The translations under genes and the position numbers were made by a program. 64,000 nt of DNA from Candidatus Omnitrophota bacterium. Its GTDB lineage: Bacteria > Omnitrophota > Gorgyraeia > Zapsychrales > Fredricksoniimonadaceae. This document shows positions 40,125 through 49,756 of this stretch, one piece after another (position 1 is the stretch's first letter; each line of letters starts with the position of its first letter). The notes beneath the pieces are model-generated. The model was not told the origin of the DNA and made no database searches. It was given only the letters and a program-made list of their open reading frames with translations. Location of the stretch: NCBI GenBank assembly GCA_963828495.1, contig CAWHFJ010000016.1:85353-149352 (forward strand). The letters are read 5' to 3'.

Positions 40125-42200
40125 TCATCGCCCCTGCAACTTTCTAATTCTGTCCCTCTCGCTATAGGCCTCAAGGAAATTTTTGTTGATTTGGATGGCC
40201 TTATCAAGGTCCCTTATGGCTTGGACATAGTTGCCCTGTAAGACGTAAAAAAGACTTCGATTATAATAGGCCTCTGCAAGATTAGGACTCAACTCCAGCG
40301 CTTTATTCAGATCAGCCATGCCTAGCGAATAATTATTAAGTTGCCTATAGACAATCCCCCGGTTTAAATATGCGTACGCAGAACCGGAATTTAGCCAAAT
40401 AGCCTGATTTAAGGCATCAAGGGCCATGCCAAAATATCCAAGTTTACTATAAACAACACCCAAGTTGCAATACGCAAAAGAAAAATTAGGATTGCTCTCA
40501 ATGGCCTTACGGTAATCTGCCACAGCCAAAGAATAGTTTCCCAACTCAAAATACACCCTGGCGCGATTGTAATAGGCCAAGAAGCTATACGGGTTGACTT
40601 CCAACGCTTTCCTATAACAAACCAGGGCTTGATCAAAAAGACCTTGGTTGGCAAAATCGATACCGTGATCAAGATAATCGACATCATTAAACAAAATGAC
40701 AGGGGCCTGTGAAGCCGCATAAACATTGGGGACGATGTCAAAATTAATGCGTACGTATTTTTTCCAATTCGAATGACTGCCTAAGTCATTCATGTCTATG
40801 ACTATGGTGTTTTTATCCCGGTGATACGGTTCACCATAGCTAGAAACTGTGACTATGACCCGCTTAAGAGGACAAGAAATGTCCTCGACGGCAGCGCGGA
40901 TCAAATCAGAGGTCTTTGCCTCTGCCAGCGATGTCCCATTCAAATTATCATAAATAGTCGGCAGACCGTTATACCCTCTGTGACCCTGAAGACGGACTAG
41001 ATGGATTTCCTGCGTTGAGGCGGTCATCTGTTGGGCCAAACGCTGGCGGATAAACATTATTTCGGCATTGTAGTTCAAACAATTATACAGCAATGTCATA
41101 AATGCGCTGACCAGCCCCAAAGACATCAAAACAGCCGGCCAAATGACCGACGCTATTTGAGGGGTCTTCCATCTTCTTAATAACCATTCCCCGCACCAGT
41201 AAACCAAAACCACCGCCAAAGACTGCGCGCCTATAAATTGACGAGGCATGTAACCCTCAAACAAAAACCAGACCATATTAAAAACAACAAACAATGAGAT
41301 CAATGCACCAAGGCGGCCCCAACCCATTTCCCTGGTCACCAAAAAATCTATTGCAATAATGATGACGAGCAGCACAATCACGCAAACGCCAAAGTGCGCT
41401 GAGGCATAAATGTTCCAAAGGTTGAATACTTGTGGGGCCCCTTGGAAAATAAAGGAAATGATGTTTTGGCAGACCCTCTGTTGCGTGAATGCTATTTCAT
41501 AGCCGCTCATATTGAGGCTATGATAAAAAAACACCCTGACCGTTAAATAATAAAGCCCTGCAGCAAGGCCCCAGAAAAAAAGGTCTTTGAGCCAGATTTT
41601 TCTGGAAGCCTCCCAGTTTCTTTGAAATATTAGGGCCAGGACCGTGGGGACAAGAAACAGCAGAGGTGTTGAAGGGTACATAAAAAATGCAGCCTCCAAC
41701 AAAACCAAGGCCAGAGGCAACCGGACCCAAGACCACACCCGGCTGCTCCAAACAAAATAAGCCAACAGCGAACAAAATAAGGCCAGGACATTAAACATGA
41801 ACGGCACGAAAACAAAATCCTGTATGCCAAGAAGGGTAAAAATCCCGATGCATAAACAAACGACAGCTGCGGTTTCTTTGGCATACGATAAAACAATTTG
41901 GGCCAAGAGACACGCACTAAGCGCGATGGTGGCGATGGCCGCTAGTCTTAACCAGGAGAGGTCCGGCAGATGATGGATCCTCCGGTAGATGAATGTTTCG
42001 ATCATCGACGATAAGGGCCGGCCTTCGTGGAGCAAAAGATCATGGAAAGGATCCTCTTGGGAGATCGTCCCTTCATTGAAAAATTTGTGGAAATAACGGA
42101 TACTGTCGCCTGCCACATAAGGAAGCAGGACAGGAGAGAAAGCAAGAAGCAAACAAGCGAAAATCCCTATATATAAAACCAGAAGACGGGATATATTCAT
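40125..42200 (-). CDS. Polytopic membrane protein (glycosyltransferase-C-like N-terminal region) with C-terminal TPR repeats
   Basis: About 12 hydrophobic segments in the first ~420 aa, then at least 5 TPR units (AYYNRARVYFELGNYSLAVADYRKAIESNPN...). The start is taken as MNISRLL at 42200. Confidence 0.6.
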   Translation of the reverse strand: MNISRLLVLYIGIFACLLLAFSPVLLPYVAGDSIRYFHKFFNEGTISQEDPFHDLLLHEGRPLSSMIETFIYRRIHHLPDLSWLRLAAIATIALSACLLAQIVLSYAKETAAVVCLCIGIFTLLGIQDFVFVPFMFNVLALFCSLLAYFVWSSRVWSWVRLPLALVLLEAAFFMYPSTPLLFLVPTVLALIFQRNWEASRKIWLKDLFFWGLAAGLYYLTVRVFFYHSLNMSGYEIAFTQQRVCQNIISFIFQGAPQVFNLWNIYASAHFGVCVIVLLVIIIAIDFLVTREMGWGRLGALISLFVVFNMVWFLFEGYMPRQFIGAQSLAVVLVYWCGEWLLRRWKTPQIASVIWPAVLMSLGLVSAFMTLLYNCLNYNAEIMFIRQRLAQQMTASTQEIHLVRLQGHRGYNGLPTIYDNLNGTSLAEAKTSDLIRAAVEDISCPLKRVIVTVSSYGEPYHRDKNTIVIDMNDLGSHSNWKKYVRINFDIVPNVYAASQAPVILFNDVDYLDHGIDFANQGLFDQALVCYRKALEVNPYSFLAYYNRARVYFELGNYSLAVADYRKAIESNPNFSFAYCNLGVVYSKLGYFGMALDALNQAIWLNSGSAYAYLNRGIVYRQLNNYSLGMADLNKALELSPNLAEAYYNRSLFYVLQGNYVQAIRDLDKAIQINKNFLEAYSERDRIRKLQGR

Positions 42201-42247
42201 AGTAATTCCGGGGCCACACACGAATGGCGCTGACTTAGTTACGTGAG

Positions 42248-43048
42248 TTACTGCCTCTGCTGAACTTGACACACAGAATGTGAACCGCATTCAAAATCTG
42301 TAGCGGCGGCATAGCATTTGCAATCACAATGGTTCAGATAGGGAAGACCCTTCGGGCAACACACGTATGGGCATCCTGTATCCCCTCCGCAGAAAAAGGT
42401 CTGGGCCACAAGGTTGCCTGGGCAAAGATCTGTTGTAATAGGGGCCGTCCTATTGGGCACAGTTGGCCCACAGTTCGCCGCATACGCATGTTCGCCATGT
42501 GATTCCACCTTGGTTGATCCTGAAACACGATTCAAAGTCTGTTTAAAATAGCCTGGTGATACCTCATAGCGTGAGTAGTGCCCATTTTCCCAATATACCC
42601 TAACGGCATCCCAACTTTTTTGTATAGAATTACCGTCAACCGATAATGTATACGAAACAGTATCGGGCCATGTTTTTCCTGCAATTTCCTGCGCCAAAGT
42701 AGCCGGTTTAGAGCCTCCAGTAAATTCACCTGGAACCCATCCATCGTCCGTTATTGGATCGTTATATACCTTAACAATCTGTTTTTCACTACCAGAATAA
42801 GCAACTGGGGCACCAGCCAGGGGGCCATCTAACCACTGTACTTCATAACCGTCTCCTCGGCGCACAATTGAAATCTTTTTATTCAAGATATCTTGAGCAG
42901 AGCTATTTAGTGGACTTACCGATACGACCTCCCACACGCCTTCAACCGTCTGAGTTTCTTCTGCTCTGATAGTCCGGCCGCCTCCGCAAATAACGATTAA
43001 AAAAACAAATAAAAATCCACAAATCAGCCGTGCGGATGCACTACTCAT
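42248..43048 (-). CDS. Hypothetical exported protein with a Cys-rich C-terminus
   Basis: Signal-like N-terminus MSSASARLICGFLFVFLIVICGGG with an AAAGGAGG RBS upstream. There are 12 Cys in the last ~75 aa (CGPT...CPGN...FCGGDTGCPYVCCPKG...HCDCKCY...ECGSHSVC). Confidence 0.5.
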   Translation of the reverse strand: MSSASARLICGFLFVFLIVICGGGRTIRAEETQTVEGVWEVVSVSPLNSSAQDILNKKISIVRRGDGYEVQWLDGPLAGAPVAYSGSEKQIVKVYNDPITDDGWVPGEFTGGSKPATLAQEIAGKTWPDTVSYTLSVDGNSIQKSWDAVRVYWENGHYSRYEVSPGYFKQTLNRVSGSTKVESHGEHAYAANCGPTVPNRTAPITTDLCPGNLVAQTFFCGGDTGCPYVCCPKGLPYLNHCDCKCYAAATDFECGSHSVCQVQQRQ

Positions 43049-43103
43049 TAGTATTTTCACAAAGCCTCCTTTTGCAGAGATGAGCTTTCCCTTACCATTA
43101 AAT

Positions 43104-43147
43104 ATCAAACAAAAACCCTCCGCAACTTATTCAGCTGTGAAGGGTTT
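43104..43147 (-). terminator. Candidate intrinsic terminator downstream of tRNA-Ser
   Basis: Minus strand: AAACCCTTC-(17-nt loop)-GGAGGGTTT followed by TTTTGTTTG. The stem is 9 bp including one G-U pair. The loop is large, so confidence is modest. Confidence 0.4.
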
Positions 43148-43244
43148 CTTTAACTTTTAGGCTCATTTTGGGCACCAAGGATGATGCGGTCTTGGAATGA
43201 TTCTGTAACTTATTCTAGAGCAATAAGTTGTGAAGCATAAAAAA

Positions 43245-43336
43245 TGGCGGAGAAGGAGAGATTCGAACTCTCGAGACGCCTTTCGACGTCCACACGCTTT
43301 CCAGGCGTGCGCCTTAAACCACTCGGCCACCTCTCC
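43245..43336 (-). tRNA. tRNA-Ser (anticodon GGA), CCA-encoded, with a long variable arm
   Basis: Hand-folded. Acceptor GGAGAGG/CTTCTCC; anticodon stem-loop CACGC-CTGGAAA-GCGTG; variable arm TGGACGTCGAAAGGCGTCTC; T-arm GAGAG-TTCGAAT-CTCTC; discriminator G plus CCA. 92 nt. Confidence 0.9.
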
Positions 43337-43350
43337 GTACCAAAATCTTA

Positions 43351-43461
43351 CTATTTCAAATACATCCAGAATGCGGAGAGGTGTTGTGCAAACTTCCTCA
43401 ATTCAACAATCCAGAAAAGTTTGCCCACCTCTCTAACCTTCTATATCAAATATATCCAGAA
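43351..43461 (-). repeat. Three phased (~45-bp period) copies of a ~20-nt box upstream of tRNA-Ser, interleaved with fragments that resemble the tRNA 5' end
   Basis: Boxes: CTATTTCAAATACATCCAGAA (43351), CTCAATTCAACAATCCAGAA (43397) and CTATATCAAATATATCCAGAA (43441). CCCACCTCTCTA occurs at 43424 and 43484; compare CCACCTCTCC, the tRNA 5' end, at 43327-43336. An inverted GGAGAGGTG lies at 43375. Confidence 0.7.
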
Positions 43462-43512
43462 AATCGACCCACCTTCACTAGCGCCCACCTCTCTACCATT
43501 TTTTCAATTATA

Positions 43513-45144
43513 CTACAAACTCGTCAAACTACCGTACAACTGCTGCCTTTGCTCTTTGAGCCGCACATCTTCCAAATATTCATCATACGTCACGCCTATA
43601 CGGTCAATACAGCCGCTGGGTGTTAGTTCAATGATCCGATTGGCTGCAGTCTGCACTAACTGATGGTCATGGGAAGAAAATAAAATAGTGCCCGGAAAAC
43701 TTTCCATGCCGCGGTTTAGGGCCGTAATTGCTTCCAAATCCAAATGATTGGTGGGCTCGTCTAAAATCACCACATTAGCGCCGGTCAGCATCATCCGGGC
43801 CAACATACAGCGTACTTTTTCTCCCCCCGAAAGCACCCGCACGCTTTTTAAACTTTCTTCGCCGGTAAAAAGCATTCTTCCCAAAAACCCGCGCACAAAA
43901 TTCTCGTCCTTCTCCACAGAATACTGGCGAAGCCAGTCCACGATATTAAGGTCCACGTCAAAATATTTATTATTATCTCTGGGAAAATAAGTCTGGGTCG
44001 TGGACACCCCCCATTTAAAAGCACCGCTGTCCGCTTTTAATTCCCCCATTAAAATCTGAAACAAAGTGGTTTTAACCAAATCATTGGGGCCGACAAAAGC
44101 AATCTTGTCACCTTTATGGACATGCAAAGAAAAACTCTTGAACATCAATTGCCCGTCGATAGACTTGGTCAGACCTTCCACATGCAAAACGTCATTGCCG
44201 GCTTCGCGCTCGGGTTTAAAATTAATAAACGGGTATTTGCGCGAAGACGGTTTGATTTCATCCAAGGTCAATTTTTCCAAAATCTTTTTACGGGACGTCG
44301 CTTGACGCGCCTTGGAAGCATTCGCTGAAAAACGGGCGATGAAATCCTGCAATTCACGGCGTTTGTCTTCTATTTTTTTATTGGAATCCGAACGTTGCCT
44401 TGACGCTAATTGGCTGGCCTCAATCCAAAAGCTGTAATTACCTGAAAACATTTGAATTTTACCGTAATCAATATCACACACATGCGTGCAGACTTTATCC
44501 AAAAAATGGCGGTCGTGGGAAACCACAATGGCCGTGTTCTCGAAATTGATTAAAAATTCCTCCAACCACATGCAACTGTCCACATCCAAATGGTTGGTGG
44601 GCTCATCAAGGATCAAGATATCCGGATTGCCGAACAAAGCCTGGGCCAAAAGAACGCGCATCTTTTGGGAGCCTTCCAATTGTTTCATTTGCTGCTGATG
44701 CAAGTCTTCACTAATGCCTAAATCACTCAACAGTTTACCGGCCTCGGCCTCAGCGTTCCAGCCATTCATCTCGGCAAATTCGGCCTCAAGCTCGGAAGCG
44801 CGCAAACCGTCCGCGTCGCTAAAATCAGGCCTATTATAAAGCTCATCTTTTTCTTTCATGACCTTATACAGCTCTTTATGCCCCATCACCACGGTCATAA
44901 GCGCCGTGATTTCATCAAAAACGAATTGATCTTGGCCTAGCACGGAAATACGCTTGCCTGCGGCCACACTGATTGTCCCTGTAGTCGTATCCAAATCACC
45001 GGCGAGCATTTTCAAAAAAGTAGATTTACCGGAACCATTGGCACCGATAATGCCATAACAGTTGCCGGGGTTAAAAGTGATGTTGACCCCGTCAAACAAA
45101 ATGCGCTTGCCGAATTGAAGTGATACGTCATTAGCGGAAATCAT
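43513..45144 (-). CDS. ABC-F family ATPase (YbiT-like)
   Basis: Two ABC cassettes (GANGSGKST, LSGGQ-like LEGSQKMR, ILILDEPTNHLD; second LSGGEKVR, VVILDEPTNHLD) with an inter-domain linker containing RFSANASKARQATSRKK. Collinear with E. coli YbiT. No TM domain. Confidence 0.9.
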   Translation of the reverse strand: MISANDVSLQFGKRILFDGVNITFNPGNCYGIIGANGSGKSTFLKMLAGDLDTTTGTISVAAGKRISVLGQDQFVFDEITALMTVVMGHKELYKVMKEKDELYNRPDFSDADGLRASELEAEFAEMNGWNAEAEAGKLLSDLGISEDLHQQQMKQLEGSQKMRVLLAQALFGNPDILILDEPTNHLDVDSCMWLEEFLINFENTAIVVSHDRHFLDKVCTHVCDIDYGKIQMFSGNYSFWIEASQLASRQRSDSNKKIEDKRRELQDFIARFSANASKARQATSRKKILEKLTLDEIKPSSRKYPFINFKPEREAGNDVLHVEGLTKSIDGQLMFKSFSLHVHKGDKIAFVGPNDLVKTTLFQILMGELKADSGAFKWGVSTTQTYFPRDNNKYFDVDLNIVDWLRQYSVEKDENFVRGFLGRMLFTGEESLKSVRVLSGGEKVRCMLARMMLTGANVVILDEPTNHLDLEAITALNRGMESFPGTILFSSHDHQLVQTAANRIIELTPSGCIDRIGVTYDEYLEDVRLKEQRQQLYGSLTSL

Positions 45145-45287
45145 GAAGGCGGATTATAGCATAACGACCCATAAACGCCAATTGTAAAATAAGGAGACGT
45201 CCCTATTTTTCCTTTTCTTGCATATTTGCTCAAATAGTGTTAGTCTTACAAATTGAAGTTTAAAAATAACACCTTATCAGAAAGTCC

Positions 45288-46490
45288 ATGATGCCACACA
45301 GTGAACATAATTTTTTCGGTCTGGGGATTGCCCCTGCCATTCTTAGCGTTATCGAACGTTTAAAATTTACCGTCCCTACCAAAATTCAATATCAAGCCAT
45401 TCCCATAGGCTTACAAGGCCAGGATGTCATGGGTATTGCCCAAACAGGCACCGGCAAAACCATGGCCTTCGGCATCCCTGTCATCCAACGTCTGGCCCAA
45501 ATCAAAGGACGGGCTTTGATCGTTGTGCCCACCCGCGAATTGGCCATACAAGTTGATGAACACCTGCGCAAAATCGCGACCGCCTTTGGCATTAAGACCG
45601 CGGTCTTAATCGGCGGAGACCCCATGGGCAAACAGCTCCAAGCCCTAAAACTTAGCCCACGTATCTTAGTCGGCACTCCCGGACGTTTGATTGACCATAT
45701 GCAGCAAAAAACCATCCATTTACACGATATGCATATTCTCGTTTTGGATGAAGCCGATCGCATGCTGGATATGGGTTTTGGTCCGCAAATCCAAACTTTA
45801 ATGCGCCAAATCCCCCCGGACCGACAGACCATGCTTTTTTCTGCCACTATGCCTGAATCTATCATGAAAATTGCCCGGACTTATATGAAATTACCCGTGC
45901 GTGTGGAAGTGGCTCCGCCCGGTACCATGCTGGATACCATAAGCCAAGAACTGTTCATTGTCCGCAAAGAATTAAAAAATGAACTGTTAGCCAGCGTTTT
46001 AGCGCAATACAAAGGACCGGTGCTTATCTTCTGCCGCACCAAATTCAGCGTCGCTCGCCTGAACCGGCAAATCCGTGCCATGAAACATAATGCCGCGGAA
46101 ATCCATTCAGACCGTTCTCTGGGGCAACGCAAGGAAGCTTTGGAAGGTTTTAAACGCGGCAAGTACCGCATTTTGGTGGCGACGGACATTGCCGCACGCG
46201 GTATCGATGTCAAGGGAATAGAGTTGGTCATCAACTACGACTTGCCCGATGATCCGGAAAATTATATCCACCGTATCGGCCGCACCGGACGCGCGGGATT
46301 TGACGGACATGCGGTGTCTTTTGCGACACCTGACCAAAGATTAGACGTCAAAAATATCGAGAAGCTTATTAATCAACCCCTCCCTGTGACGGACAGCCAC
46401 CCGACCATACCTTTGGAGAAGTTTCATCAGCCCAAGAGCCCGGTCATGGCTTTTCAAACTCCCCGCCGCATGCGCTTGCGCCGCAGATAA
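45288..46490 (+). CDS. DEAD-box ATP-dependent RNA helicase (RhlE-like)
   Basis: Q-motif region; AQTGTGKT, PTRELA, VLDEADRMLDMGF, SAT, ARGID, HRIGRTGRAG. This is the only plus-strand gene in the window. Confidence 0.92.
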   Translation: MMPHSEHNFFGLGIAPAILSVIERLKFTVPTKIQYQAIPIGLQGQDVMGIAQTGTGKTMAFGIPVIQRLAQIKGRALIVVPTRELAIQVDEHLRKIATAFGIKTAVLIGGDPMGKQLQALKLSPRILVGTPGRLIDHMQQKTIHLHDMHILVLDEADRMLDMGFGPQIQTLMRQIPPDRQTMLFSATMPESIMKIARTYMKLPVRVEVAPPGTMLDTISQELFIVRKELKNELLASVLAQYKGPVLIFCRTKFSVARLNRQIRAMKHNAAEIHSDRSLGQRKEALEGFKRGKYRILVATDIAARGIDVKGIELVINYDLPDDPENYIHRIGRTGRAGFDGHAVSFATPDQRLDVKNIEKLINQPLPVTDSHPTIPLEKFHQPKSPVMAFQTPRRMRLRRR

Positions 46491-46492
46491 TA

Positions 46493-48466
46493 CTACTGAG
46501 TTCTCACCCATGTTTTAGTTTCAGGCGCGAGGTTGGATTTCTTCTTTAACACGATGTACTGTTGGCTCTTTTTATCAAGCTCATCGCGAAATTTCTTCAC
46601 CTCCGCATACGCTTGCGCGGGTAAGACGGCGCGTTTCAGGCGATAAATACTTTCCACCGTCACCGTATTGTCCCCTTGCGTATACTTCGTGGTCACTTGC
46701 ATAAAATTCGTCTGTAGATCATAATCAGCCGGCACAAAATCCACCTTCAGGCCATTAGCGATATGATACGTGTTGCTATTTTTAATCAAAGAATTAGTGG
46801 GCACAAAAATAGGATAATGACGTTTATCTTCGGCAAAATCAGGGACATCACCTTGCTGGGCCTCCCTGACTAAAATCATGTCATTCGCCAGCGAATACGC
46901 ATTCGGTGAGCTATATTTAAAATCAAACTCCAGGGGGCCATAACGGTTTTCCAGCCCCTTGACATTGCGATCGGTCACCTTGCCGCCTTGGGCGAAAGTC
47001 GCCTGCAGATTATCAAAGAATTTCTGTTTGTTATTGTCTGACGTTGAGTCCCAACCGCTCTTAAAATCCTGGGAGGCTTCCACCGGCATCTGCACATGCA
47101 CTTGGAAATCAGCTGAACCATCCTCAGCTATCGTGATATCGCTCGATGAGATCACAGAATGAAACGAGTCCTCAGCCACGGGAATGTTATCAAAACGGTA
47201 GGATTGAGGCGCAATAATGAGCACATAGGCATTGTCATAACCGGACGGCAGCTGGCCTAAATCAAATCCCTTGGTCTGTGTATCCACAAAATATTTTTGG
47301 TCCCCAAGACTAATCTGCAATATCATGTGATCAAAAGCCGAAGGATTAGGCAGGCTGTGCTGCGGATTGCCGTTGAACTCCCCGCTGAATAAACAGATAT
47401 CGGCATCTATGCCGGCGATTTTAAACATTTGTCGGGCCAAAAGGCTCAGGTCTTTGCGGTCTCCATAATGATTGTGAAAAATGCTATTGGTCGGATGAAA
47501 CTCCACCGTATGGTCGCCCATATGCATGGCCACATAACGGAAATTATCCTGAATAAATTCCAGGATAGCGCGGGCTTTATCTTTGGGAGTTAACTTGGTC
47601 GAAACCAATTCTTGAACTTTCGCGGTAATATCCGGGTCATCGACCGTGTTTTTATTAATCAACTCCCGCCACCAGTCTGCCACCTGTTTCCAATCGCTCA
47701 GGGACGATAAAGAAAGCACGCCGATGGTTTCTTCGGCAGGCGGCATAAAATCTTCATTCTCGCTGTAAGCCGTATTTTCAAAAACAAAAGAATATTTGAC
47801 CGTGCCGTCTTTTTTCTCAACAATCGGCTGCATTGTATCGTTGTACGCGTGGAACACAATGGGTTTGTTCTCCGGAAAAACAAACGTATACCGGACGTAT
47901 TTAGTGGGAATCGAAGGGTAAGTCACTTGATCCCAAAATTGATTAGGCATTCCTTCACGCAAAACCTTGGTCTTGACCCTCACGTCGATCACAGAACCTA
48001 AACTAATCTTAGGAAAACTAATGACCTTCAAACGCATATCCGCATACAACGGTGACTGATCATAAGCTTGTATATCCTTAATATCGGTAGCCTCCAATTT
48101 CTTACCGTCAGGGGTCTCCACAAAAGCTTGAATATCCGTGATCTCTTCACGGGACTTATTGTAATAAATAGGCCACTGTCCTAGCCTTTTAGCTGCCTCC
48201 TTCTGGATTTTGACACGGGCATGATAATCTTCATCAAACGACCAATCATCATGAATAGTGGTGTCTGTTTCAGTTAACAGCCCGATATAAGGCTGGTCTG
48301 TATTATTCTCTTCCCAAGACTTGGGGTTGACTTGTTTTTCTTCCACACTGCTTAAGGCCTGCTCGACGGCATGGCTGCGGTCTAAATCCGGCGTCTGCGC
48401 ACGGCTGACAGTAGAAAAAGCCAAAAATAAAATAAAAAATATAAAAGAAAATGCCCGTGTTTTCAT
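46493..48466 (-). CDS. Exported DUF3857 / transglutaminase-like protein
   Basis: Starts at an internal ATG (48466) with the signal peptide MKTRAFSFIFFILFLAFSTVSRA. Central block ...HNHYGDRKDLSLLARQMFKIAGIDADICLF...FDHMIL...FVDT resembles a transglutaminase core, but Arg occupies the position where the nucleophile Cys is expected. Confidence 0.6.
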   Translation of the reverse strand: MKTRAFSFIFFILFLAFSTVSRAQTPDLDRSHAVEQALSSVEEKQVNPKSWEENNTDQPYIGLLTETDTTIHDDWSFDEDYHARVKIQKEAAKRLGQWPIYYNKSREEITDIQAFVETPDGKKLEATDIKDIQAYDQSPLYADMRLKVISFPKISLGSVIDVRVKTKVLREGMPNQFWDQVTYPSIPTKYVRYTFVFPENKPIVFHAYNDTMQPIVEKKDGTVKYSFVFENTAYSENEDFMPPAEETIGVLSLSSLSDWKQVADWWRELINKNTVDDPDITAKVQELVSTKLTPKDKARAILEFIQDNFRYVAMHMGDHTVEFHPTNSIFHNHYGDRKDLSLLARQMFKIAGIDADICLFSGEFNGNPQHSLPNPSAFDHMILQISLGDQKYFVDTQTKGFDLGQLPSGYDNAYVLIIAPQSYRFDNIPVAEDSFHSVISSSDITIAEDGSADFQVHVQMPVEASQDFKSGWDSTSDNNKQKFFDNLQATFAQGGKVTDRNVKGLENRYGPLEFDFKYSSPNAYSLANDMILVREAQQGDVPDFAEDKRHYPIFVPTNSLIKNSNTYHIANGLKVDFVPADYDLQTNFMQVTTKYTQGDNTVTVESIYRLKRAVLPAQAYAEVKKFRDELDKKSQQYIVLKKKSNLAPETKTWVRTQ

Positions 48467-49753
48467 AAATTGCAAAACCCTCTCATCCATCAAAATATGC
48501 CGCGGCAATAAAGGCTGCTTGAGAACAATACCCTCCAGCGTGGTGCAACGGCTTAAGGCCACATACATTTGCCCATGCGAAAAAGTCCCCCCGCCGACGT
48601 CGATCACGACCCTTTCAAAGGTCTGCCCCTGAGACTTATGAATGGTCACCGCCCAAGCTAACTTCAGCGGATATTGAGTAAAATAGCCGATCGTTTTAGA
48701 GGCCAGGGCATTGATCGCCTGGTCAAAATAATACTGATAAATGTCCCACGTGTGTTTTTTGACATCAACCAAATCACCGTTTTCCAATTCAACTTTGATC
48801 GACATCTTCACCTTCGCCATCGGACATAATGGCCACGATTTTCCCCAAAGAGCCGTTGACCCAGCGTTTTTCGGGATCATTGTTAAGCATCATCACCTGC
48901 GCGCCTAGTTTAAGTTCAAGGGCCTCCGGCGTGGGCAGGGATTTCCGTTCGAATTCACCGGATACCACCCCCTGATATATTTTCACGGGCCCGGATAAAT
49001 CTTCCAGATGCCTATTGTTGACTTTTTCAGCCAGGGCATTGGTCGTTGTCAAAACAATATAAAAATCACCCGACACCCATTGATGGTCAGGTTTAAAACG
49101 GCGGTTGAGGCTCTCCCAATGATGGTCCTGGAGATTGTCGTCCCTGACGGCGTTGAGCAGCCGGATAAAATGCTCATCTTTCTGACGGTAAATTTTCTTT
49201 AACTGGATGATCCTAAAATCCAGGAATTCAAAAACTTTGGCTGAAAAAAAGAATGGGGTCGGATAATGCGTCTTAAAAATATCCTCTTCCCCGCGCCCTA
49301 CCACCGGAGGCAGTTGAAACAAATCGCCAAAGAAAATCATCTGTACGCCGCCGAAAGGCCTCTCATCATAAGGCCCATAAAGACGCAAGAAAATATCCAC
49401 GCAATCCAAAAGGTCTGCCCGTACCATGGATACTTCGTCAATAATGACCGCCTCAAGCTGCTGGTACATTTTACGCCGGCGTTTGCGCACCGGTATATCA
49501 CCGACTGTTCAGGAGTCACATCGGGCTTAAACCCAAAGAACGAATGGATGGTTTGACCTTTAATATTAATGGCCGCAACACCCGTGGGAGCCAGAAAAGC
49601 CACCTTCTTGGCGGTTTTTTGACGGAAATACTGCAATAAAGTTGATTTTCCCGTACCCGCCTTACCGGTAATAAACATATGCTCACCGGTATGCTCCATG
49701 GCCTCAAAAGCCGCAACAAATTCTTCGTTAAAGTCCAGTTCAGCGAATTTCAT
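48463..49753 (-). pseudogene. Pif1/RecD-like P-loop DNA helicase, broken by two clear frameshifts. As assembled it reads in-frame into the next gene.
   Basis: FITGKAGTGKSTLL (Walker A), AFLAPTGVAAINIKGQTIHSFFG, VIIDEVSMV, FFGDLFQLPPV, ...AWAVTIHKSQGQTFERVVID...YVALSRCTTLEGI. The junctions are near 49493-49503 and 48797-48803. A -1 reading at the AAAA run 48474-48477 would give ...ERVCNL* with its TGA overlapping the next ATG. Confidence 0.8.
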
Positions 49754-49756
49754 ATA

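Noticed and set aside
43207-43229. Perfect 8-bp hairpin AACTTATT-CTAGAGC-AATAAGTT just downstream of the tRNA, considered as a terminator.
   Set aside because: The stem is AT-rich and has no following U-tract on the transcribed strand. The stronger candidate is the GC-containing stem with a T-tract at 43104-43147.
43109-43512. tRNA-Ser as the integration site of a genomic island.
   Set aside because: No integrase, phage or mobile-element genes flank the tRNA. The duplicated fragments match the tRNA 5' end rather than the 3' end usually duplicated by integrases. The neighbouring genes are ordinary chromosomal genes.
46488-46495. The convergent DEAD-box helicase and transglutaminase-like genes end 2 nt apart with no terminator hairpin between them.
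   Set aside because: This is noted as a curiosity only. Tight convergent gene ends are common in compact genomes, and nothing else in the sequence suggests a regulatory antisense arrangement.
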